Origin: Candidatus Woesebacteria bacterium GW2011_GWC1_42_9
GTDB taxonomy: Bacteria; Patescibacteriota; Microgenomatia; UBA8517
Assembly (NCBI GenBank): GCA_000995185.1
Contig: LCET01000003.1
Location: forward strand, 6,989 to 70,988
Direction: 5' to 3'
DNA length: 64,000 bases
Shown here: positions 8,377 through 16,420 of the stretch, piece by piece
Layout of the letters: every line of letters starts with the position of its first letter
Numbering within the stretch: position 1 is the stretch's first letter
Notes under the pieces: model-generated
Database searches by the model: none
What the model was told of the DNA's origin: nothing
The model's input: the letters and a program-made list of their open reading frames with translations, nothing else
Translations under genes and position numbers: made by a program

Positions 8377-10645
8377 GATATTACTTATAGGATTGCCCGC
8401 ATTTGAGGTTGATATGGCCGCTTGGATCGCCTGGGCGGAGAGATTAGGGGAGGGAAGCCTCGCGAATTTTTATTCTGATACAGTTTGGACGCAATACACT
8501 CCTGGATTTTTACATGCTTTGTGGATTTTTGAGAGGATTGGGATGGCGAATGAAGTCTTTATAAAACTTTTTGTTTTGTTTGGGGATATTTTCACTGCTT
8601 TCACGGTTTCATATATTGTGCGACTCACGACCAAGAAATGGGGAATGAATGCGGTAATAATATATTTACTCACTCCTCCACTCATCTTCGTTGGATCGAT
8701 CTGGGGACAAATTGACGGGTTTTTGACAATGTTAATTTTATTGGCGGTCTATTTTTTAATAGAGAAGAAAGACCTCCCCACTTCTAGCGTCTTTTGGGCC
8801 CTCTCCTTTTTAGTGAAGCCTCAGGCCTTAGCCGCCCTCCCTTTGTATTTATTAGTGATCCATAAATTTTCGCCAAAGATTGTTTTCAAGTCGGTGATTT
8901 GTAGTTTAGGAACGATATTGATAGTAAGCGCTCCTTTTTTCCCCCGCGACCCCTTATGGGGGTTCCCGAGATTAGTCCTTAAGATGAGCCAGCATTACCA
9001 CTTTGGGAGTATTTTTGCCTTTAACCTATGGGCTCTATTTGGGAAGACTTGGATCCCCGACGGCACGTATTTTATTTGGGGAATAATAATTTATCTTAGC
9101 TCGATTATAATTTTGATTGCCGCCTTTTTGAGATCAAAAAGGACTTCCTTGGAAATGTACTTATTTACAAGCCTTTGTTTTTTAAGCTTTTTTTTATTTC
9201 CCACAAGGATCCATGAGCGCTATTTGTACCCATTTTTTGCGTTCTTTTTGATTTTTATCATTATTTCCGATTTTAAGCATGGGCTTAAAATATATTTTGC
9301 TACCTCTCTTGTCTATTTAATTAATCTTTATCATCCATACGCTTACTACTCAACAAATTATTTGAGGATTGAGCCTCTCCTCTCCCTCACAGGGCACTTC
9401 ACTAAGCCAGCGGCAATATATTTTTTAGGATTGTACTTCTATCTGGTTATTTATCTGGGGAAATTTAAATTGCGGGTTCCCAAAATTGACATAAAGACAA
9501 TTCTGATATTTGCATTTCTTGCAAGGATTTTATTTTTAAATTCACCTCCGAATGAATATTTTGACGAGGTATATCATGCTTTTACTGCAAGAAGGATGCT
9601 TGCCGGAGATAGTTTAGCTTGGCACTGGAGCGGGGGTGCTCCAGAAGGGTTTGCATACGAGTGGACTCATCCCCCACTGGCCAAGCTTGGGATGGTTTCA
9701 GGAATGATTTTACTTGGGGAAAATTCTTTTGGGTGGAGATTTCCGGCGGCCCTTTTAGGGGCAGGCGCGGTTTACCTGGTTTATTTGATTGCGGAGAAAT
9801 TTTTTGGTAAGCGTGTGGCCCTATTGTCTGGAGGGGCATATGCGCTTGATGGATTAGTACTAGTCACAAGTAGGATCGGGATGAATGACGTTTATTTTTT
9901 GTTTTTTATGTTGGCTAGTTTTTATTTGTTTTTGGGCAAAAAACATTTTGTTTCGGCTCTTACCTTAGGGCTGGCGGCGGCGAGCAAATGGAGCGTATTG
10001 TGGTTTTTGCCTGTCCTTGCCCTCACCCATTTTGGACTAAAGCGAAAAATTGTTCGTGATTATGTTTGGTTTTTGATTTTGCCCCCTCTGATATATTTTG
10101 CAAGCTACACCCCCATGTTTTTTGCGGGGCTTGGACTGGCTGATTTTTGGGAGATGCAAAAGCAGATGTGGTGGTATCACACGAGACTTGTAGCGACACA
10201 CCCTTATACTTCTCCATGGTGGAGCTGGCCGATTTTACTGCGCCCGATATATCTTTATGTCGGAAACGATGGGAAGTTAGTTGAAAAGATATATGCGATG
10301 GGGAATCCGGCGATTTTTTGGGGCGGGATAATTGCCGTAATTTACTCGCTTCGAGAGGCAATCGCTTTTCGTGAGAAAAAGTTGCTAGTTATAGTCGGTA
10401 GCTATTTTATTTTCTTTGTTCCCTGGGCACTATCACCAAGAATAATGTTTTTATACCACTACCTCCCCTCAATCCCATTCATGGCAATATTAATTGGATA
10501 TGCACTTAGTAAGGATCAAAAATTGGTTTTGCCTTTTTATCTTTTTACTCTTTTACTCTTCCTATACTTTTATCCGCACTGGACTGGTGTGGCCATCCCA
10601 AAATGGCTTGATGAAACTTATTATTGGTTCCCAAGCTGGAGGTAA
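8297..10645 (+). CDS. Polytopic membrane glycosyltransferase with two GT-C-like halves; the C-terminal half is PMT/ArnT-like (GT39/GT83-type)
   Basis: More than 15 predicted TM helices. The second half carries 'NEYFDEVYHAFTARRMLAGDSLAWHW...THPPLAKL', the signature DE loop of GT39/ArnT-type enzymes. Start uncertain (overlaps the LCP 3' end; alternative Met codons at 8327 and 8351). Confidence 0.55.
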   Translation: MYLSQGAKTGMRLGLGLKMFLPTLIIRILLIGLPAFEVDMAAWIAWAERLGEGSLANFYSDTVWTQYTPGFLHALWIFERIGMANEVFIKLFVLFGDIFTAFTVSYIVRLTTKKWGMNAVIIYLLTPPLIFVGSIWGQIDGFLTMLILLAVYFLIEKKDLPTSSVFWALSFLVKPQALAALPLYLLVIHKFSPKIVFKSVICSLGTILIVSAPFFPRDPLWGFPRLVLKMSQHYHFGSIFAFNLWALFGKTWIPDGTYFIWGIIIYLSSIIILIAAFLRSKRTSLEMYLFTSLCFLSFFLFPTRIHERYLYPFFAFFLIFIIISDFKHGLKIYFATSLVYLINLYHPYAYYSTNYLRIEPLLSLTGHFTKPAAIYFLGLYFYLVIYLGKFKLRVPKIDIKTILIFAFLARILFLNSPPNEYFDEVYHAFTARRMLAGDSLAWHWSGGAPEGFAYEWTHPPLAKLGMVSGMILLGENSFGWRFPAALLGAGAVYLVYLIAEKFFGKRVALLSGGAYALDGLVLVTSRIGMNDVYFLFFMLASFYLFLGKKHFVSALTLGLAAASKWSVLWFLPVLALTHFGLKRKIVRDYVWFLILPPLIYFASYTPMFFAGLGLADFWEMQKQMWWYHTRLVATHPYTSPWWSWPILLRPIYLYVGNDGKLVEKIYAMGNPAIFWGGIIAVIYSLREAIAFREKKLLVIVGSYFIFFVPWALSPRIMFLYHYLPSIPFMAILIGYALSKDQKLVLPFYLFTLLLFLYFYPHWTGVAIPKWLDETYYWFPSWR

Positions 10646-10667
10646 CCGGTTCTGGTTGTCAGAATTT

Positions 10668-11552
10668 TTAGAGTACCAGGATTAATGCTCCGACGAAGAG
10701 AAGTATTGCGGCGCCGACTCCGACAAAGGTAGGCGTGCTTACTCCGGCATCAGGCAGGCTGGTCGATGGCGTGGCAGTTGGGGTAGCGGCCCTGGCAAGC
10801 GAGCAAGTGCAGTCGGTCTCATCATCACACTGTGGATTTCGGCAGCGATTTGAAACACAATCCATTCCGCTTGGACACTCATTGTCATTGGTGCAAGCGT
10901 CGTTGCAGACGATATCTTCATCTACTTCCGCGCAGACACAGTCGGTTTCGGCGCGGCAGTCTGGATTTCGGCAGGTATCTGAGGTACTGTCACAGACCAT
11001 CGAAGTCGGGCAGTCACTATTGTTGTCGCAAGTGTCATTACATTGAGGGTTATCCGCAGGTTGACAAGTCGTGGAATCAGGATTTTCATCAAGACGACAT
11101 CGAAGATTACCAGCATCATCGGTGTCAGAGCAAGTAAAATCAGGATCAACAGCCACACATTCGGCATTTGTCGTACAAGAGTCATTGCAACTATCAGGTA
11201 CGACCGGCGCTTGACAGTCAATCTCATCTGGGTAGGCAGTTAAGCGACAGCTATCGTCAACACCATCATCATCAGTGTCGACACAAGTGTGGTTGGCCTC
11301 AGTGCAGTCCGTGTCATCGGTACAGGGATCATTGCATCCAGCTGTCTCTGCGGTAGTGGTGAAGGTGAGATCACAAGTATTGGTGAGAGTCGGAGCCGCG
11401 GCGCCTGGGATCGATTCAGGGGCAGATGGTGCTACCCTCTGGGACCTTAGGGAATAAAGCCTTACGGCCGTGAAGATTGCTATCCCCCCAAGAACCAAGG
11501 TGGAAACTAAAATTATTACGGTTACTTTATTTCTTTTTATAAAATCTAACAT
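10668..11552 (-). CDS. Cysteine-rich modular surface protein (N-terminal signal anchor, about 5 Cys-rich repeats, C-terminal LPDAG plus hydrophobic tail)
   Basis: Repeats have the pattern C-N-D-x-C-x5-C-x6-C-x6-C-R-N-P and are D/T/N-rich. The C-terminus is '...SLPDAGVSTPTFVGVGAAILLFVGALILVL'. Locally elevated GC. Confidence 0.6.
   Translation of the reverse strand: MLDFIKRNKVTVIILVSTLVLGGIAIFTAVRLYSLRSQRVAPSAPESIPGAAAPTLTNTCDLTFTTTAETAGCNDPCTDDTDCTEANHTCVDTDDDGVDDSCRLTAYPDEIDCQAPVVPDSCNDSCTTNAECVAVDPDFTCSDTDDAGNLRCRLDENPDSTTCQPADNPQCNDTCDNNSDCPTSMVCDSTSDTCRNPDCRAETDCVCAEVDEDIVCNDACTNDNECPSGMDCVSNRCRNPQCDDETDCTCSLARAATPTATPSTSLPDAGVSTPTFVGVGAAILLFVGALILVL
10760..11420 (-). repeat. Intragenic tandem repeats encoding about 5 cysteine-rich modules of 36-45 aa
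   Basis: Repeated CxDxC...CRNPxC blocks are visible in the translation of 10668..11552. Confidence 0.5.
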
Positions 11553-11564
11553 TTAATTTAATAG

Positions 11565-13193
11565 TTAAAACCAACCAATAGTCGCGTCTGTGTGATGTAA
11601 TTCAGCTGAAATAGTAAACGTTGTCGTCCCGGCGGGGATAGTGTATTCATCGTAAAATTCTTGAGTGTTTGGCCGCTTTTGGGTGACCGCAGTTCGCACG
11701 ATGCCGTTAATTGAAAATCTCGCGCGATCTAGTGTGCCGGAGGTGGTTGTCCCATTAGCTGTAAAGCGGACAATGTCCCCCTCTCTTAGTTCGGTTAAAT
11801 CGGCAGCGGTCAGAAGGACCCAATTGTTATCAAAGGCTTTAATGTTTAGGCATTGAGCGGCTATGGTGGTGTCGATAGCCCCTGAGGGAGTAGGTGTCGC
11901 ATCCCCAGATGGGGTTGGAGTGGCTTCACCGCACACACTCTGACCATTTTGGGCAATGGCAAGATTTGACTGTTGTATTCCATCAGAATTGACTACATCA
12001 ACTTGTTGTGAACCGCAGAAGCTGCTATCAACGCACTCTTGGCCACTTGTAGAAACGAGCTGACCGCCAGTGGCTGCTGTGCATCTCCCATCCTGAAGGA
12101 AAGTACTACATTGCCACTTTTGGACAGAGAATCCATTAGTGGTATCTGCGCTACAACAGCTTCCGGCGCAAGCATTTGTCCCTGCCGCCGGCGGCTCCCT
12201 GTCGGCAACCGCTACGCACCTAGGTGGGTAGTTTGGGTTAGTCCCAGGCCTGGGACAGTCTGCAAGTGACAAAACACAAGCATTGCGACTGTAACATCTA
12301 ACTGGGTACCCAGTACCTACGCAATTAGTATCATTGTAGTTATACCATGAACAGGCTAATCCAGATCCACAGCTTTGGATTGTCCATGTTCCATTTGTCT
12401 CCATCGTCCCACAAGTTTGCCCTGAGCCGAGCAACCCCGAAGGAACAGGGGTGGGAGCTGTGGTCTGGCTTGAGCAACTTACATCAATTTGGCAACCTGC
12501 ATCTGTTATATTTCCTGTGGCTGAGTCACATTGGTATGCATGTCTTTCTCCAGAGGGACAACCATTTTGCCCGCATCCGCTGGAGTAATACTGCCCATTG
12601 GGGCAGTTATCTACGGGAGTGGTTGGGCAACTGCTAGGATTAAATGCACCACAGTTAGTTGCATAACAAGGACTTTGTCCACTACAAGTGGAAGGATCGA
12701 CTTCTACGCATTGGCAGATGTACCCAGTGTTTTGTCCTCCTTCTGTTTGACACGAAGGATAAGTGCCTCCACAGCTAGAATCCGTACCTGTGTAAGCCCC
12801 TTGTTGGAAGAGTTGTTGTTGCTGAACGAGGGCTAGCCCTGCCCCCACGGCTGCAACCAAAACCAATACCCCCAGTATCCCACCAACTACTTTTTTATTT
12901 AGTTTTCTTCCTCCGCCTCCCCCGGAAACGGTAAATGGCTCTGGTTCGCTTGTTTCTGTGGTCGGGCTCGTATCTCCAGAGACCGGAGCAGACCCGCCAA
13001 ACGGCGAGCTATCGGGCGCTGGCGCCTCTCCGGTTGATAGCGGTGGCGGCGGGACAGTTGACATATCAGTCGGAGTATTCATTGGCGGCGGCGGCGGAGG
13101 AGTAGTCATCCCTGGGGTATCACCAGCAAGACCACTTGCCGATGAGGCGGGTGCAGTTCCTTGGGTTTCGTCTGTTTTGGCAGTAGGATCCAT
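11565..13193 (-). CDS. Type II membrane-anchored cysteine-rich extracellular protein with Pro-rich N-terminal tail
   Basis: N-terminus 'PPPPPPPMNTP...', single TM 'VVGGILGVLVLVAAVGAGLALV', then about 40 Cys in a G/S/T/Q-rich ectodomain. Confidence 0.55.
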   Translation of the reverse strand: MDPTAKTDETQGTAPASSASGLAGDTPGMTTPPPPPPMNTPTDMSTVPPPPLSTGEAPAPDSSPFGGSAPVSGDTSPTTETSEPEPFTVSGGGGGRKLNKKVVGGILGVLVLVAAVGAGLALVQQQQLFQQGAYTGTDSSCGGTYPSCQTEGGQNTGYICQCVEVDPSTCSGQSPCYATNCGAFNPSSCPTTPVDNCPNGQYYSSGCGQNGCPSGERHAYQCDSATGNITDAGCQIDVSCSSQTTAPTPVPSGLLGSGQTCGTMETNGTWTIQSCGSGLACSWYNYNDTNCVGTGYPVRCYSRNACVLSLADCPRPGTNPNYPPRCVAVADREPPAAGTNACAGSCCSADTTNGFSVQKWQCSTFLQDGRCTAATGGQLVSTSGQECVDSSFCGSQQVDVVNSDGIQQSNLAIAQNGQSVCGEATPTPSGDATPTPSGAIDTTIAAQCLNIKAFDNNWVLLTAADLTELREGDIVRFTANGTTTSGTLDRARFSINGIVRTAVTQKRPNTQEFYDEYTIPAGTTTFTISAELHHTDATIGWF

Positions 13194-13196
13194 AAT

Positions 13197-14549
13197 CTAA
13201 TTTGTGGCCTTGGCCGAAACAAAAACTCCAGCCAAAATCAAGCCTAATCCCATCGTAGCCAACAAAAGTGTTGGCGTCAAGTTCCCCGCTACAGGAGTGC
13301 CCGCGCCGGTTGCGGGGAGGCTCACTCGAGGCGTCGCTGATGGGGTTGCTGTTGCTTTGGTCTTGGGGGTTGCCGAAGGTGTGGCCTTTGGTGTCGCCGA
13401 CGGGGTGGATTCAAAGGCTGGCCCACTTGCGGCGCTAACGATGAAGTTCTTGGTAATATTGTGCAATATCCCGGCCGCATCGCGCCAGGAAAGTGTAACT
13501 GTGTGCTCTCCCTCTTCTAAGTCATCAGGCGGGGTCCACTCCCAGTTGCCGTTTGCATCGACAGTGACCTTATCCGTCTGAGGATCTGACCGGACAGTGA
13601 TAGTGATGATCTCACCAACTGGGCCTTCACCAAAAAACTCAGGGGTAGTGGTGGTGATTTCTTCATCTTCTTCTATGCTTTCGATTGTTACTGTGCCGCT
13701 TGCTGTTGCATCAAGTTCTTCATCGTCCCCCGTGTCAAACCCTGACGTTGTTGCGTCAAGGTCTTCGTCTTCTGGAAGAGTAAGCTCCGCGCTGGTCAAG
13801 CCATTTTCTCCGGAAATTTCTGTGTTTTTAAAATTGTATGTTTGCCCAAGAGTGATATTTGGGGTCGGGTTTGCAGTTTGCGGGTAGGCTTGGGCGGTAG
13901 CTACCCCACGGCTTGCCGCTTGGACAAAAATCTCGATCAAGGTAGCACTTGAATTTATCGTGGCGTGCGCAGATAAGTCAGGGGTTCTGGCGGGGGAAAG
14001 GGGGATAAGCCACCCCCCAGAGTTTGAAGTGGTGGTAGAGAGAGGGGAAAAACTGCCCGAATTAATAAAGACCAGCACCCCGATAGCCGGCTCTCCAGTT
14101 GCCGTAAGGACGGTGCCGGAAAGCATTTGCGTGGTGGTAGTTTGAGACAGGATCGGGCCGGTGGCTTGCTGCCAAGGAATCCCATTGTTGTCATAATTTT
14201 CTCCATCGGAGTTTATTTTAAAGAAATTGACGGCTCCCGGATCTAGCCCGTCGATGGTAATAGAGTGAATACCCTTGGGGGTAGTATCGCTTTCATACTC
14301 AGTATTGTCTAAGCTTGATTCGCTTTCGCCCCAGACGATGTAGCCAATAGTGTCTCGATCAGTAGTCCAGTTGACTGCAAAAGAGGCGCTCGTGATATTT
14401 GTGATCCTGACGTCTTTTGGCGCTGATTCAGGGCTTGCTCCAAGTTTGAAGACTTGGGCGCGCTGGACCAAAAACACACCCACTCCTAACCCGAGCAACA
14501 AAATTATTATTCCGATAATAGTGGGGATCCCACCAACTGCTTTCTTCAT
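13197..14549 (-). CDS. Sortase-anchored (LPATG) surface protein with a fibronectin-III-like domain and acidic and PT-rich repeats
   Basis: N-terminal signal anchor. 'VRITNITSASFAVNWTT...YIVWGE' is FN3-like. 'TPSATPKATPSATPKTKATATPSATP' is a linker. C-terminus is 'LPATG' plus a hydrophobic segment plus K, a canonical sortase sorting signal. Confidence 0.7.
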   Translation of the reverse strand: MKKAVGGIPTIIGIIILLLGLGVGVFLVQRAQVFKLGASPESAPKDVRITNITSASFAVNWTTDRDTIGYIVWGESESSLDNTEYESDTTPKGIHSITIDGLDPGAVNFFKINSDGENYDNNGIPWQQATGPILSQTTTTQMLSGTVLTATGEPAIGVLVFINSGSFSPLSTTTSNSGGWLIPLSPARTPDLSAHATINSSATLIEIFVQAASRGVATAQAYPQTANPTPNITLGQTYNFKNTEISGENGLTSAELTLPEDEDLDATTSGFDTGDDEELDATASGTVTIESIEEDEEITTTTPEFFGEGPVGEIITITVRSDPQTDKVTVDANGNWEWTPPDDLEEGEHTVTLSWRDAAGILHNITKNFIVSAASGPAFESTPSATPKATPSATPKTKATATPSATPRVSLPATGAGTPVAGNLTPTLLLATMGLGLILAGVFVSAKATN

Positions 14550-14554
14550 TGATT

Positions 14555-14905
14555 TTAAATTTGTGACCCAGCCGGGCTCGCTTCACTGGCAGAGGGGGTC
14601 GCTTCCTCCGTCGCTATCGGCACTTCTTCGGCGATCTCTTCCACCGGGGGCAATTCGGCCGGTTTGATAGTCGTATCGCCGATTTCGATTTCATTTAGGT
14701 ATATTCTATTTTGTAACCCGCCAAGGACTTCCGGGTCAAGTTTAAAAGTGAATCTTTGACTTTCGTCTTTCTCAAGAATTTCCTCAGGGACGGGGAAAGG
14801 GGGCTCCTTTGTAAAAACGCGATAAGTCTCGAAGCTTATCCAAATAACGACAGTAATAGCCGATAAGATGATGAGATTGACTACAAATGGTCTTTTGCTT
14901 TTCAT
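14555..14905 (-). CDS. Small single-pass membrane protein (possible pilus-assembly accessory, PilP-like position)
   Basis: 116 aa with an N-terminal TM 'FVVNLIILSAITVVIWISF'. Sits immediately downstream of pilO with a 4-nt overlap. Confidence 0.4.
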   Translation of the reverse strand: MKSKRPFVVNLIILSAITVVIWISFETYRVFTKEPPFPVPEEILEKDESQRFTFKLDPEVLGGLQNRIYLNEIEIGDTTIKPAELPPVEEIAEEVPIATEEATPSASEASPAGSQI

Positions 14906-15543
14906 TTTATAAAGTATGGCGTGACGGCTTCGATGATCATATTTAATCCCTCTACCCTTGCGTCATCTACAATCGAAATTGTAGTAGACCTGCCCACTAA
15001 AGGACGCCTCATCAGCTCAAGATTAGTCAAAAATGAAATTAGAGATGGGTACTCTCCGGCGGCGCTCATCAGAAATTCCATGTTCTTTGCTCCGAGGACT
15101 TTTTCTTCTCCTTCTTTTTCCCCTTTACTCTCTTCAAATAGAGGAGCTTTTTCGATATCAAAATTTGTGATTTCTACTCCGCTTCTTTGGGCGAGTCCCT
15201 CAATTTGGCGTATTTCACTAGCCGGAAGGGAGGAATCTGGGACCGCCGAGTCAAGGAGGTTAATAGTAGCTTGGTTGGCGTCATAATAAGCTTTGGCTTG
15301 GGTTAAATTTGTAATTTTTAGGTCCAGCGCCTGGACCACTTTTTCTTTCTCGCTAATTTCACTTCTAAGTTCTCCAATGGTTGCCAGGGTTGGCTTGATC
15401 GCAAAAGTGCCAAAGACCATTATCGCAATAAGTGAAAGAATAAGCTCCGTAAAAACCCGGACATCTGCCCGGGCACGGTAAGTCTTTGACATTTCGTAGA
15501 TATATTTTCTGGTTAATTGGGGAGACGCAAAGGATTGGGCCAT
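14902..15543 (-). CDS. pilO: Type IV pilus assembly protein PilO-like
   Basis: 213 aa with an N-terminal TM, then coiled coil 'IGELRSEISEKEKVVQALDLKITNLTQAKAYY'. PilO-like topology, located directly after pilN. Confidence 0.6.
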   Translation of the reverse strand: MAQSFASPQLTRKYIYEMSKTYRARADVRVFTELILSLIAIMVFGTFAIKPTLATIGELRSEISEKEKVVQALDLKITNLTQAKAYYDANQATINLLDSAVPDSSLPASEIRQIEGLAQRSGVEITNFDIEKAPLFEESKGEKEGEEKVLGAKNMEFLMSAAGEYPSLISFLTNLELMRRPLVGRSTTISIVDDARVEGLNMIIEAVTPYFIK

Positions 15544-15544
15544 G

Positions 15545-16096
15545 TCAGGTTTTTATTTCTATTTTTAAACTAAATTTCACAAAAGGGGTGTCTCTTTGAG
15601 TGCCAATTTCCGTGAGAGCAATATCTGTAAATAATTCATCTTTTTTTAGGTTAACAATAAGCTGGGAGATAGACTGCTCTGAAGTAGTTTGCCCGCTTAT
15701 GTTGATGTCTTCATCTGTAACTCTTAAAGATGTGAGCTGGATATCCCCGGGGATCTTGGAAACGATCGAAGTAATTGTGGGCACTCTTTGGTTTTGGCTT
15801 GCGGTATATTCCGTGAGTACTTCTGCTTTGGCCTGAATGTTTTTAAATTCTCTCTCAAATTCGGAAAATGAAGCGATGTAGGAGGACTTTTGCTCGAGGC
15901 TATGGTCAAGGTCCGCGTTTTTGGCATCAAAACTAAAGCGCGCCAAAAAGCTTCCAACCACAACGATTTCGACACTGATCACAATCATCCTGAAAGTGGT
16001 GATAGCCCACTTTAAAACACGTCCCGCGGTCGAGACCTCAAACTCGTCTTTTGGAAGAAGATTAATAACCCTTTTAGGTTTCTCTTTGGCAGGCAT
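15545..16096 (-). CDS. pilN: Type IV pilus assembly protein PilN-like
   Basis: 'KRVINLLPKDEFE' is the conserved PilM-binding INLLP motif. It is followed by a TM and a periplasmic coiled-coil domain. Confidence 0.65.
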   Translation of the reverse strand: MPAKEKPKRVINLLPKDEFEVSTAGRVLKWAITTFRMIVISVEIVVVGSFLARFSFDAKNADLDHSLEQKSSYIASFSEFEREFKNIQAKAEVLTEYTASQNQRVPTITSIVSKIPGDIQLTSLRVTDEDINISGQTTSEQSISQLIVNLKKDELFTDIALTEIGTQRDTPFVKFSLKIEIKT

Positions 16097-16135
16097 CCTA
16101 ACCTCACTATAACACGGGGCAAACTGTGAAAGAAA

Positions 16136-16378
16136 TTATTTTTTCTTTGGGGTGAGTTTGGAGAGAGCGGACTTTATCCGGGCGGATTTATTTCTGTGGA
16201 TTATCTTTTTTTTAGCGGCGCGGTCGGCCAAAGAGATAGCCTTGATCACGTCAACTTGTTTTTTGGTTTTTTTGGCCATGCGGATAGCGATCTCTAAGTT
16301 CTTTCTGGTAAGATTATTGACAGAGGTCTTTCTTCTTGAGGACCTTAGGGCACGCTTTGCTGTGACGGTTACTGGCAT
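16136..16378 (-). CDS. rpsT: 30S ribosomal protein S20
   Basis: 'MPVTVTAKRALRSSRRKTSVN...' is basic and S20-like. Start placed at the second Met of the ORF. Confidence 0.8.
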   Translation of the reverse strand: MPVTVTAKRALRSSRRKTSVNNLTRKNLEIAIRMAKKTKKQVDVIKAISLADRAAKKKIIHRNKSARIKSALSKLTPKKK

Positions 16379-16420
16379 ATTAGTAATCATCAAGTATAAT
16401 CGAGGCCAAGTTAAATATCA

